This document shows positions 39,036-52,456 of a DNA stretch of 64,000 nucleotides, in pieces. How positions within the stretch are numbered: the first letter of the stretch is position 1; each line of letters opens with the position of its first letter. The position numbers were made by a program, and so were the translations under genes. The notes below the pieces were generated by a model that was not told the DNA's origin, did no database searches, and worked only from the letters and a program-made list of their open reading frames with translations. The DNA comes from Euprymna scolopes (Eukaryota), in assembly GCA_053919585.1 (NCBI GenBank), contig CM132807.1, one strand, 5' to 3'.

Positions 39036-40387
39036 TTCAATGTATGTTCGATTTCTTACTGCTCCTTCAAACCAAAATATATGAATTGGCGTAATAGGCT
39101 GCTACGATAGGATCCATATTAATAAAGTTAAAATGAGAAATGATTTTGTAAGAGGTCTATTTGTTAACATATTTACTTACATATCCTATATGTGTTGCGC
39201 TACATAAATCACAGACGGTATTGAAAACACAAACGATGTTCGGAATTTGAAATACTTACAAAGAGATTCTGCTCCCAATCTGGCTGACTTAAGACATATA
39301 GTTTAAGAAAGGAGAGTTGTGCGAAAGCACCAGCAGGCATTTCGTGAAAATACTAGAAATCTAGAACAACTAGTTTAAACCTATTCTGATGCTAATGTGG
39401 TTGGAGGTTGTAAGGTTAGTGTGCGACCGAGTAATATATACATAATATTTTCTTAGAAGTAATTTAATTTTTCCAATATACACCCGCTGCCCTTATGTGT
39501 AAATTAATTAACGGAGGTATTATCTAAATTGTTTGATACTTTATTTACATAGAGAGCCGACGTTGCCGGGTATTTTATGAGGATCAAACACTGATCCGTC
39601 CATCCATACATTTATTGTTATTGAACTCGGTAAAATCACTCGTTTCTAATGAAATCGATGAGAAACCTGCTTTAGTCGGAAACATAATCACGGTAACAGA
39701 GAATATATTTAACATGCATCCCCGCACTGCATTAGTTTACATTGCACCTGACAGAAACTTGTATGTATAGATTAGAACGTCAGTATACGACATTAACATG
39801 TATTAACAAAATACAGTACACTCTATAATAAATATGTATATAATCAAAAATCGTTTCAGATAAAACCGGAAAATACTGTAACCAGAGACAATAAAACACT
39901 TCATTTGACATCCTAACTTGAAAAAAAAACTGTATTCTAGGGGCACTGTATCACAGGGTTCCACTGAATTATAAAATAATTGAATGGAATAGCATTAATT
40001 AAAATTCAATATGCAACTGCTTAGATCCATGTTTCAATTACACTTTAAGCGGCACCATTTATTTTGAACGCGCTACAGAATTTCCAAAATCTATAATTTA
40101 TTTGATACACTAATCTTTTCTGCTTGTTCGATGATAAACTCCTTAATACAATTGGGACGTTAGATTGGATAAGCTGTTTCTTTACGTAAAAATTGTCTTC
40201 CTATTTAGTCGGATTTTTTTCAGTTATCAATTTTAGATACATATAGGAGCCATTCCTGTACAAAACCTAATCAAAACACACTTTAGAACACATCAAGTAC
40301 ATTTGAAGAAATAATTCAAAAATAGGATTAGCCGATTTGAATGTCATAGCGACAGAAACCCACACAAAAATACACACATATCAACAT

Positions 40388-40443
<56 letters not shown>

Positions 40444-41840
40444 TTACAATGTAATGCCTTATTTTTTTTTTAATTAAAGGAGTTAAAAATTACGAGAACG
40501 GTACAATTGAAAGATGCACTCATTTTTGCTGCAGAAAAGATCTTTATCTTAGCAACTAAATAAGGGTGGAATGGGTGGGGAATGAGAGAGGATGAATACA
40601 AAATTCTTAGCTGAGGAAACGGGTAGTATCCGATGACATAAAATGCCCAATCTAACAGAGGTACTATTTTACTTGTAAAGATTTGAAACGATACAATATA
40701 TGATGCCACCATCCAAATGCAATCTAGTTCTTATTTAGGGTATTTCTCCCCTTTCTTGCGAGATCGATCTCTCAAATGTTCCGCGGGATCATCTCGTTAA
40801 TTACGCTTTTTATAAAATCACTTCACCTCAAACAAAAGCCTTAGTGGTTAATATCCATTTGTACACTTTTCTTTTTATATTACAAGTGGTTTGTGAAGGT
40901 GCACATATAATTTAGCATATGCTCCACTCAAGCTTTAATATATTTTCTTAGTGGATCGTCCTGTATTTTTCAGTATCACAGATTCATTATTTAAATGTGT
41001 GCTTATTTGTTCTACAGATTCTTATATTTAACATAGTTTTCCTAATTTTCAATGCGCTTTAACCTGCAGTGTAATGGCGACTGTGTATATGTATCCAGTT
41101 CACGTTTTGTCGCGCACATCCCTGCCACGATTCTGAAGTTATCTCTCCTACTGTTCTGGAATATACTAAATCGCCTTCATAAACGTTCAATAATTAAGAG
41201 TTTTGTATATATCTGTGTATCTTTATGTCATATAAACTACTGCACTATATCCAAACGTATGCACATTTAATTTAACTGATTTTAATCAGTGTAGCAATCC
41301 ACCATAAAATAAAGATTGAGTTCTATTCAGTTTTGTTTCATTAACAACGACTAAAAAGGCAATGATTGTGTTACAGGAAGAGAATAAATCCAACTGTTTT
41401 TGGCGAGACCTATCGGGAGAAACTCAAGCTCGACAATTTTTGGACATTATATCTCCTAACAACATCCTCAGCTATTACTGCCTTACATAGTTGTTGTAGT
41501 CTCCCCATCTTTTGGCCAAGTTACGATGAATAAATGAGTAAATAATATTCATCCCAATAAGGAATTCCAATTAAATAATATATAACTGGAATTCTAGTTA
41601 TTAATAATTTTGCATGAGAAGAAGATAATAATAGAAAAAATGTTTTTTCAACAGTAATTATCGATATACACTAAGCTTACTAGGCACGTTATACTTGACA
41701 GACAGCTAAAAATCAACATCATCACTCGTTAGTTCTCGATATTTTAAAACGAAATATTAATCTGCTGCACAAGGTACTGGTAGATAATAGTAATTTCATT
41801 AGGGGGTGTTCAATAATTATTGAAACTCCATGGATATATA

Positions 41841-41988
41841 ACAAGCTGGACGCCCGACACACCGCTGTCGTAAAATATGCTTAAACACGATAGTTTAATT
41901 CATGCAAATTGCGTATGTATTATTATAGAATGATCCTTTTATGTATATTATATATTGCAAGGGATAGATTGAACGGTTGACTAATACG

Positions 41989-42055
<67 letters not shown>

Positions 42056-42755
42056 TGTAATAATAATAATTTTGTTCATCGAATTCCGCCTCCGTTTATT
42101 TATGTATTGCGTAATTGCGTAAACTTATGTTGGATCTTCATGATGAATGCCCTGGAAAAATCACCTCTGATTACTGTCTTAATAAGAAAAATTAAACGGA
42201 GAAATGATATGCAGCGAGTTTAAATGAAATCTCTTTTATAATCTTAACTTGAACTCAATAATATATTTTAAAAAAATTACAATACAATTTTAAGACAAGC
42301 TTAGGCTTAAACAGGGGATCATTCGATCTGTAGTGAATGCTCTACAACTGAGCTCTATATCCAGATGAACATTTTTTTTTTTACGAAGAAATTATTTTAA
42401 TAATTATCTTGGGCAGTGTAACGTTAAATATTCCTTGTGAAATTATTCTTTTTTATCTAACAGAGAGAAAAACCTTTTTGTAAAGATCATGATTTTTACG
42501 AATTTTGATACTTATCGATCGGATTAATTTCCATAGAACACCTATCTAAGAACACTGCCGGACATACAATTTAATAGTTGTGACATTTGCCAAAAATTGA
42601 TCCAGCCGTCCCGAAACCGATGACGGAGGAACAAAAACACACACACACGCACACACACACACACAAACACAAACACAAACACACACACACACACACACGC
42701 ACAGGCACAAACACACGCACACAAAGTGAGTTTTATATATTCGTAGGTAAGGATA
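41841..42755 (-). mobile_element. Helitron/DINE-like non-autonomous element
   Basis: Minus-strand 5' TCCTTACCTACGAATATATAAAA followed by a (GT/GTTT)n tract and ggctggatcaatttt. 3' cgacagcggtgtgtcgggcgtccagCTTG|T hairpin terminus. Pairing of the two ends is inferred. Confidence 0.6.
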
Positions 42756-44383
42756 AATATGCACATAACAAATGTATTTTATATGAGGAAATACAGAAAC
42801 TGTTGGCGATATAACATCTTAGATCTACCGGTTGTATTAAATGTTTTAGAAGAGAGTGTCATTTTGTAGAAATGGATGTTTGTTGAAAAGTAAATGGTTT
42901 CTTTAACACATCCATCATTTGTTTCGTTTAATACTGTTACAAGACGACAGTAAATTATGTTAGTAAACAATAGAAATCATTCTTAGTTTGAATAAAGAAA
43001 AACTATGAAATGAGAATATAGTTTTATCACTAATATATCTATTTTTAGATACTTGCAAAAAGCGAGGGCATGTTAAAATTTTCTAAAATCAGAAACGCGC
43101 CTTTTAAAATATATTTAGAAATTTGACGAAAATTATGCACATAACGCATTTTGTTCCACAGGTCTGCAAAGTTTCACTTCTGTACGATTTGCATTCATAT
43201 CCAATTTTAAACGTTTGACCTGCAATGAAGCAATTTACATAGGTTAGATTTAAGCACATACATTTAGTAATTTGAAATATGCTGCTTTCACTGCTTTTGT
43301 TTCCTAATAAAAGACTAAAACATGAACTTAGAGTTTTTCTCTGTTTAGAACGCTTCTTCTGAAAATAGCCACTGTTTTATCTAAATTAGGCATGAGTAAT
43401 CTGGTATGTTGTGATGCCAAGAATAAGAAATGTTTAAATTTGCACTGCCAACCTGTCAATCTCATGAGAAATATCTTACTTGTTATGCATATTTTATTCC
43501 ATAAACGAAAGAGTACAATAATATTAGACGTTAGGTCATATACTCTATTATCCTCCTCCAAATTTATAGTAACTTATGTTATTGTTTTTCTCATAAAGTC
43601 AGATTAGGTAAGTATGTCCGTCTGTTAATCCGACGGTTACACTTCAGTTTGAAATAATAGTTACATCGCTATTATCACGATTATTGTAGGTAAACATAGT
43701 ATGTTATAAACAGATTTCAGACAATATTCATACCATTCGCTTTGTATAGTATCGCTCGGAATCATCATCCTCTTTGACGACACGTTTATATTAAAAATAT
43801 AATTTTAGTTCTATTTCATTTTTTAAAGTAAAAATTATCGGTTTACTCCAGAAATTCACAGAGTTTACGTACGACTTTTTATCCTTAGTGTGTGTACGTG
43901 TTTAATAGCCACCCTTGAAGGGCAGATACACACGCCAAACCGTTTTGTCTTGTGATGAAAATGTCATAATTGATTTATAAAACATTACGAAACCATATTA
44001 GGATACACAGTTTTTGAATGAATATGCAATATAAAAATGATAACACGCACTATCAAAAAGGTACTAGAGAGTAAATTTAGCACAAATCAAAAAACAATGA
44101 TTTGAATGATCCGTCAGTAACCGATATTTATCTGCTTGATCTTGTAATGACATAAAATATTATAGTTTCTCGTTCCCCCCATGCATTATTTTTAAATATT
44201 ATGCAAATGATATACGCGTAGATAAAGGCAATGATATGTTATTTTAATGTTTCGTATGTGATCAGAATGCATTATAAACACGAATTGTCTATTTTGATAC
44301 TATTTAATTTCATTGTATTCATTAATATTTTATTATACGGAGTAACTGAATTTATATTAGTCGTATTAGAATATATTTTGTAA

Positions 44384-44476
44384 ACAACAATACCAACAAT
44401 ACCAACAACAACAGAAACAATACTACTACTGCTACTACTGCTACTACTGCTACTACTAACAAGAATAATAATAACA
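44384..44476. repeat. Compound trinucleotide microsatellite (ACA/CTA/CTG/TAA)
   Basis: Direct observation. Confidence 0.9.
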
Positions 44477-45298
44477 GTAGTGTCGGATATGGAAAGTTAG
44501 CGGCGAACGTTTGAAAGCAGAGGTATTCACACATGCACTTTCATATAGATTTGATCGACTTTCTCGCATTCCAAAATAGAAGCGGAATTGTACATATCAT
44601 GAAAACAAAGCAAAGTTTACATTTCAATCTCAGAAGTCATCAATTCCGCAATGCAAATTAGAAAAATGGGGGCGTGGACTTTAGATATTGCTGGATAGAG
44701 TTGCAAATCGAAAATTAATGTGTGTGCCTATTCTCGGTAGAAATTGTAATTGGAATCAATTCAAATATGTTGGTACAAAAAATGTTTTGCATTGTATATA
44801 GGTGCTGAAAACCCATCAGTACCGCATGAGTGTCCCTACGCTATTGGTTATAGATTGAATTAGAGAACAGTAGGTAAATAAAAAGGATTCGAGATTTGTA
44901 AGATGAAAAATTGTCAAGCGTCTAAAATGAATGGAAAAAGGTTTATATTAATTGACAGAATAGTGCATTATTTGGCGCAACACAATAAAAAATAATTAAT
45001 TAGATAGTATATACCGTTGCATGTTAGAAAAATCGTGTTAGACTGATATCACGATGATAATCGTCACGCCGACGTAGAAAAGACATTTCACGCCACTAAA
45101 CGAAAATATTTCTTCCCTTCTTTATTTAAGGATAGAAAAGAATACATAGGCAAATATATCTTTCCAAATCCAGAAATTATAGAAAGCGAAAACACCAAAT
45201 TCAGGAATGTGATTTGCCGCCACATCTTTCAGAGAATTGTCTTTAGAAAATTCCGGGCCCTACCCCAACGGCCCTATAAATTAACCAGTTCATATAGC

Positions 45299-45363
<65 letters not shown>

Positions 45364-45381
45364 CAAATATTTTGTTTTTTA

Positions 45382-45688
45382 ATTTTTCGATTATCCGTGT
45401 AATCTTTTTTGTATCAAAATCAAAAAATATAAATAAAAGTTCCATAGATTTTGCTGTCACAGGCGCTCTTGATTCGTCCACGAATCATCATTAAGTGTAG
45501 AAATTTTACTCCGAAGGAGATAAAATGGGAATAAAGTTACAACTAAAATATACAGTAAACGGCGATAGGTTACAAGTTATAGAGTCGTGGACGAATCGAA
45601 AGCGCTCGTGCCCGCAACAATTATGGGACTTTATTAATATTTTTTTTTATTGTGATACAAAAAAAAATTATAGGGAAAATAGAAAAAT
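45382..45688. repeat. ~100-bp imperfect inverted repeat between two (TA)n tracts; Penelope pLTR-like with degenerate hammerhead motifs
   Basis: 45382-45483 is the reverse complement of 45585-45688. Flanked by (TA)n at 45302-45357 and 45756-45836. See findings for the ribozyme parse. Confidence 0.85.
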
Positions 45689-45752
45689 GAAAAAAAAAAA
45701 GAATCATAAAGCTAAGTCTTTCTGTTACATTTAATACTAAATATACCAATTT

Positions 45753-45827
<75 letters not shown>

Positions 45828-45836
45828 ATATATATA

Positions 45837-47014
45837 CCTTTCTGGCACATGAGGGACTTAAGTTTTATGCATTTGTATTCTCATATCATTATTATGCTAG
45901 ACATATCGCAGAATGGATTCTGTAATCCTAAACTTACTTATTAATAGGTTTTCTTTTTCTATTTTATTATTTAATACACAAATTTGTTTTCATATATTAG
46001 TAAAAATAGTAACCGTATTATTTTACTTTTTTTATTTGCAAAGTGGGATTATCCACTGGAGAGCCATGAATTAAACAGATGTCCTGTTTCCTATTTTTTA
46101 AAATCTCCGAAACGGCTTCATGGTAAGCAGCTGATGATCCCCGTTTCCTATTTACAAAATTTTAGTTAAGGTTTTCTCTTTCCATCCTCATGTAATTAAA
46201 TTCTGGTGTAAAATTGAATACTTTTGCGAAATCGGCTTATGCAAATGCTAAGTATATTTCTATTTAATAATTTTAGTAAAGGCTTTTTTTTCTTCCTTAT
46301 ATACATTAATTCTCTTTGGCCATTATAAACATTTTAAAAGTCGGATTATGTAGGTGCTTAGTCAGCGATGGGTTAAAGTTAATATATTTTTTCCATACAG
46401 GTATTTAAACTGCATTCTTTATTTTCATTTTTGCATTTTTTATTCAAAGCTTCTTTAGACTATATATTGGGTTTTTAGATATGTATGGCTAGGTTTCCTT
46501 CCTCTTATCTATTTGCCTTTCTGGTACCCAAGGTAATAAAGCTTTTATGCCTTTTTGTTCTCATAACATTATTATGCTAGTAAACATGTCGCAGAATGGA
46601 TCCTGTAATCCTAAACTTACTTATTAATAGTTTTTTTTTTCCTATTGTATTATGTAATTCATCCAAATGTTTTTTTTTTCATATATTAGTAAAAATAGTA
46701 ACCGTATTATTTTACATTTTTCTTTATTAGGGAAGTGGTATTATCCACTGGAGATGCATGTATGAAACAGCTGCCCTGTTTTTAAATCTCCGAAACAGCT
46801 TCATGGTAAGCAGCTGATGATCCCCGTTTTTAGTTTAGGTTTTCTATTTTAATCCTTATGTAGTTAAATTCTGTTTTAAAATTGAATACTTTTGCGAAAT
46901 CGGCTTATGCAATTTAACAATGTTAATTTTTATTTAACAATGTTAGTAAAGGATTTTTTTTCTTCCTTATATAAATTCATTCTCTTTGGTCATTATAAAC
47001 ATTTTAAAAGTCGG

Positions 47015-47019
<5 letters not shown>
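45837..47019. repeat. Direct duplication of a ~510-bp unit (45837-46349 and 46516-47019)
   Basis: Long shared blocks, e.g. ctgtaatcctaaacttacttattaatag, catatattagtaaaaatagtaaccgtattattttac, gcttcatggtaagcagctgatgatccc and cattataaacattttaaaagtcggattat. Confidence 0.95.
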
Positions 47020-47053
<34 letters not shown>

Positions 47054-47176
47054 TATCATGTATATATATATATACTATCATGTATATATATATATACTAT
47101 CATGTATATATATATATATACTAGCATGCATATATATATATACTATATACTAGCATGTATATATATATATACAAGC

Positions 47177-47265
<89 letters not shown>
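47017..47265. repeat. (TA)n tract with ~22-bp minisatellite units (TA)n-CTAT/GCATG
   Basis: Units at about 47053, 47075, 47097, 47121, 47150 and 47172. Confidence 0.93.
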
Positions 47266-47266
<1 letters not shown>

Positions 47267-47774
47267 TAGCATGGGTGCCCAGCGTTGCCCGGGTGTTTGG
47301 AGGTGTATGCTGAGCAAAAAAAACAAAAAAAAACGGGCATATTTTTTTTTAATTTGACCCCTATTATGACCCCTTAACATTTATTGTTTTGGGTTCAAAT
47401 AAAGTTAAGTTAGATCCATAATCAAGGAGCATACATCTTCCCTGAGCAGAAAAAAAAAGCTGTCAATTTTTTTTTAATTTGACCCCCATTATGACCGCTT
47501 AACATTGATTTTTGGGGTTCAAATCAAGTTAGATCCATGTCCTAGGAACCGATATCTTAAATTTCAAGTGTTTAGACCCAGAATTGTCGGAGGAGTTTGG
47601 TAGAGATTTCAAAGGTCGAATCGTTGAGCTTTGACTCCTTAACAGCCAAATTTTTGACCGAAAACCGATCACATCGATTTTCCCAAATCTCAGTACCCTG
47701 TATATCAAATTTTGAGTCTGCAGACTAAACATTGACAGAGTTATTTCGTAGAGAAATGTATACAGACAGGTTCA

Positions 47775-47790
<16 letters not shown>
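47266..47790 (-). mobile_element. Helitron/DINE-like non-autonomous element inserted in (TA)n
   Basis: Minus-strand 3' end cccgggcaacgctgggcacccatgCTAG|T and 5' end tatatataaaagtgaacctgtctg. Internal ~120-bp tandem duplication (47342-47420 and 47466-47540). Confidence 0.78.
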
Positions 47791-47805
<15 letters not shown>

Positions 47806-47919
47806 TACGACACTATATATACATATTTCATATAGTGGCGTATTGAATATTGTATATTCAGCTCTCCTATCCACGATCGAGCACCTTATGGGATTTTTCA
47901 TCATCTCCTGACACATACA

Positions 47920-47997
<78 letters not shown>

Positions 47998-47999
47998 GG

Positions 48000-48700
48000 T
48001 AGTAAGCGACAGATTTTGCGGTGCCTAATAAGAAGGGAGAAACAGTGGTGCATCCACTAATTGACGAATTATTTTCCAGATTTAAGGTATCACTGTGTAT
48101 TTTAGCAGATAGCGGGTACGAAAACATTAATAAGTTCATGAAAATTGCATTAGAGAATATTTACATACATCACTTTACCACATCGTTTTATCACCCTCAA
48201 AGTAATTATAAGTGAAACGTTGAATGATACCTTATATTTTATGCAAAAAACGATTATAATATTTTAATCAATCAGGTGATAGCGACTGGTGGGTTCAATG
48301 CAAGCGAAACAAACTTCTCGTCATTCTACTTGCTCTATAACAGATGTGTTATGCGGCTAATAGATAACATAATGAGACCGAGTAAGAATATTACTATGAT
48401 GTATATCACAAAGAAATGCATCGGACCTTCAATTTTGTGAGAACAACATTAAGAATGCCAAAGAAAAGATGTTGGAAAAATGCAATAGTGAAATTAGATC
48501 GTAGAATAAAAGATTAGTGATTTAGTTTATTATGAATTAACCAATGGAGAGGTAAATTAAACGTACGTTAGAAACAGTGGTCTTGTAAGAGAAAAGACAG
48601 AAGCTGTATTTTGTTAAATTAAGGATTTGTAAACGGACTCTACATCAACGGAGCATGCTAAATATCTCTTGCTAAGTCTATCAAAAAGTTGGTATTCCCT
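48000..48700 (+). pseudogene. Ty3/Gypsy integrase pseudogene fragment
   Basis: AVPNKKGETVVHPLIDELFSRF...ILADSGYEN...TTSFYHPQSN (integrase core D and YHPQSNG motif). Heavily degraded downstream. Confidence 0.85.
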
Positions 48701-49480
48701 ACAACAGAGAGTCTCTTAAGAAAAAAAACCCAGCATTATCTGATCCAGTGAAGTGGACAGCAAATCGGCCACAGAAAAATAAAAAACTGATTTTCTAGTG
48801 CAGAAATGTCGCCATTAACGGAAGAACTCGGATAAGGAATCCAATGTACAGTTAAGGGAACGAAACGTCATAATGCGTAGCATGTCAGTAACTAGTTTAG
48901 ATGCGACTGTTCTCCTATTTTCGCCTCTGGCGGATCACTGATTGTATTAGAGTTAAAACAAAGATTAATGAGAGTAGCATTCAAGCTGAGAGAGTTAAGA
49001 AGGATCAGTAGAAGGGGGGTTGTTTAAGAGGGGTAAGAAATATTTTCTTTCTTTTGTTTTTTTGTAGTGAAGCTATGAAGGCCTGTCCATAAACAATAAC
49101 ATTATTTCTCCGGTTATTCAAACAATAGATGACATTGGAAAGATGGAAACTGCTTACTGTTTAAACAGTGTATATGAGACAGTCAGAAGTTAACATTTAA
49201 AAAGAATATACTAAACAGAAGCAAGCATAGCGCTATCGGTGCAATTTTTAAAATTCAAATTTAAAATTTGCAACGCAGTTACCGACGGTGTTTTAATGAA
49301 CATGTGTCGCAGCATGTGTCGCGAAACAAGAGAACGTGCTAAAGTGTAATTATTTTTAAAAAGTAACTTTACTCATTGCAATGCATGAGAAAATAAACCG
49401 CCCCCCCAACTAATACAATGCACGGAATGTCCCCTACTTATGTTTACTACGCTATAATCACATTGACTAATGTATACCCA

Positions 49481-49545
49481 TTAACCCTTATCCTCGAGTG
49501 GCTTCCCAGTTTTGATGAGTGGTGATTTCTGTGTATAAAAAAAAT
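49481..49545 (+). mobile_element. piggyBac-like terminus (TTAA|CCCTTATCCT)
   Basis: TTAA followed by CCCT. An inverted match lies at 59322-59376. Confidence 0.6.
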
Positions 49546-50317
49546 AGGAATGATGTTTATTGTTTGTTTTGGAGACTCATATTTAAAGAATAAATAAAGA
49601 ATATACAAAACATATGTTTACTTAACAAACAAATCAATACTCTTATAAATTTGGGATTTGTGTATTTGCTATTCGAATAATAAATTATTTTTTTTATTAT
49701 TTATTTAACAAGAAAATACAACTTTGTTACATATGAGTCGTTGGCTGGGATTTATCTGCAAAAGATCAAGCTAATTTGCATGGTTTTAAAACGTTTGAAT
49801 TAATTAATTCCCCATTAGTTTTTTTTCGTTGTTTTTATGGAATGATCATCTTTACTTAAATATTACGGGTAATCATGTTCATGCACTTGTTCTACACAAT
49901 TTATACTTGCAGACATGCTACCTATATTTGCGTAACTGACATGCTACATATATTTGCGTAAAAATTTATAATAGACACAAAACTATTTCTATACAAATAT
50001 ATGGGTGCTCATATATATTTGTTTTAACAAATTTCCCTACGAATCTTCTTTGTCAGTTTTTGGGCCTATTGACGTTAAACTTCATATATAGGGAATGCGG
50101 AATTTATATTTTGGTTTTAGAATGTGAAAATCAATGCAAAACTGAAAATTAAAACAAAACTTGCCTGGCTAATGTTGACTAGCGGCCTTACGAATATACA
50201 TGCGTAACGTAATAGCTGTTGGTCCATCTTTAAATTTTTAACTTTGCAGCATGCATGTCTTCAAAGCTCAGGAATTAGCGCCAAAGGAAAAATAAATCGT
50301 AAGCTAAACGTTTTGGT

Positions 50318-50406
50318 TTAGATTCTCGGTGATGGCGCACGAGTCACTTATTCAAACCTTAAAAATTATTACTATATATTAAATCCAATGTAATGTATAA
50401 TATAAA
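50318..50406 (+). repeat. ~90-bp direct repeat, copy 1 (copy 2 at 52457-52545)
   Basis: tggcgcacgagtca...tatatattaaatccaatgtaatgtataatataaa occurs in both. Confidence 0.9.
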
Positions 50407-50744
50407 GCTGATCTGGTTATTCAAACGTATGTATCTATGCATGCACACAACTTTCAACAGAGGCGACAAATTTTCACGAGTCCAGTATCGTTCGATGCTC
50501 GACCGTTCGGACGACAAATATCGAAGAATTGACCAAAATACTTTAATTTCTTCACATTCAACTGGGCTCTGTTCTACAAGATGATGTCGCTTTTTTGCCA
50601 ATATTTTCGAAAGTAATCCCTTGTTTTCGATTCGCTAGCCTTAATGTAAAACTTCGTCACGTCCGATTTGACGTAAAGGTTATTGTGTGTACAGTAATCA
50701 ATCGGATAGTATCGTAGTAATAGTTAATATCGGAGATTTGATGA

Positions 50745-52290
50745 AGCGTCATTACATAAGGAGGCGGTTCATCAGGAATTTGTTTATGTTATGTAAACAT
50801 CCAAGTTTAAGTCAGGAGACAAATAGGCAAGTGGCAGAGTGTTCCGCAGGTGTGCAGTTCTAAGAAAAAAGCTTTGTTCGTGGACTCTACGTTTTGATTT
50901 AGGCACAGATAAAGAGTGGGGAAAATTATTGACAGTGGTTTCAGCTAAACAGGTGCTTTCGAGAAGGATTCGCAAGGGGGGACTAGATGATTGGAGCTTA
51001 GACGAGCACCTGCCATGGAAATAACGATAAAACCAAGATAGGCTCGCAACGTCTCTTCTGTGGGAAAGAGGTTGCAGGGAAGCGAATAGGGAATCCCCCT
51101 TAATACACGAAGTCTATTTTGTACCCTGTCATGGTAGGTAGGCTTTTTTTAACAGCTCCTGCCCAGATGTGGCAACAGTATACCATCCTTGGACGTACTT
51201 GGATTTTATATAGATAGAGAATTGCATAATTAGTGAGATATTTTCTGGAGCGGTAGAAGGGTCGCACCATTATCCCAGCGACTTTGGCCACATACTTGAT
51301 GTAGGTGTTCCATTTCAAATCAGGAGTAAAGGTCAAACCCAGAAGCTTATCAAAACATATGACCTCCCCTAGACGAGCGCCATCCATTACAATCCATGCC
51401 AGGTGGGGATCAGAGCGTTGATGATGTAAAGATAGGGCTTGGTTTTAGATGCATTAAAGGTAACCAGCCAACTTTTACCCCATTGTACCACGCGCTTAAG
51501 ATCAGAGGAGAGATAATCAGAGAGGACATTGTCATTTACGGCATTTGATGTGTTGCCATAGATGGCCGTATCATCAGCATAGATGTCAATGAATGATTTA
51601 AGTATGAGTTTTGAAAGATCATTGCTGTAGATCAGGAAGAGAGTTGGGTCCAGGATTGACCCCTGAGGGACTCCAGCATTAATACTGTGGGCCTCTGATT
51701 TCTGCCTATCAACCATACTCTTATGAGCCTATCAGAGAGAAATGATTTAATGATTGAGAAAACATTTCCAGTAATACCCTAGTTGGAAATCTTGTGAAGT
51801 TGCCCCTTATGCCATACCTTATCAAAGGTCATTGGTATGTCAAGAGCAATTGCCCTAGAAATCAAGCATTTCTTGAGAGATTCGCTAATCCTATGAGATA
51901 TAACCGTCAGCACATCTGCTGTAGATCTAGCAGAACGGAAACCATATTGTGTGTCACTAAGAAGGTTGTTTCTGCTGAGGTTGGTGGCTACTTCTCTATT
52001 TAATATGGATGCCAGCAACTTGCTTATGACACACAGGAGACTTACTGGTCTGTACTGAGAGGGAGATGACTTGTCACCTGAATTCTTAAATACGGGCCAT
52101 ACTGATGAGGTTTTCCAGTTTGGTGGAAACCACTTCTCTTTCAGGCAACGCTTAAACAGTTTTGTAAGTAGGGGGCAAGTTCTGGTTGAAGCTTTTTTAA
52201 CACTATAATTGGACTACCGTCAGGGCATGTTGCTTTACTGAAATCAAGGTTCTAGAATAGCTTGGCGACCTCACGCAGAGATATTTGTAT
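50745..52290 (-). mobile_element. 5'-truncated AP-endonuclease-type LINE, RT domain pseudogene
   Basis: LLSDTQYGFRSARSTAD, IALDIPMTFDKVWH, INAGVPQGSILDPTLFLIYSNDL, YADDT, WLVTFNASKT and YCCHIWAGA. Frameshifts between segments. Confidence 0.96.
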
Positions 52291-52456
52291 GTTGCTTTGT
52301 GTGTTGTGTGATCTGCTCCGATTATCTGATACTAATCAGCTTCCTAACTTCAGACCCTCGATCCATATATTGAGGAATCTCCTTTGTCTATGACCTCAGA
52401 AGTGTAGTTCCCAACGTGGCTAACTTTCACGTGGATAGACTGTCCAAACACATCAA

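Noticed and set aside
46105-46145. CCGAAAC...CTGATGA in both copies of the duplication, resembling a type II hammerhead
   Set aside because: The flanks that should form stem II (ctcc and tccc) cannot pair, and no stem I is evident.
47040-47180. CRISPR-like or other prokaryotic system
   Set aside because: The repeats are separated by (TA)n rather than unique spacers, there are no cas genes or operons, and the window is eukaryotic repeat-rich DNA.
46892-47269. ORFs rich in [20 protein letters not shown] or IIII (also near 23.4, 32-34, 42.5, 45.7, 47.9 and 54.3-55.0 kb)
   Set aside because: These are translations of stop-free microsatellites, not genes.
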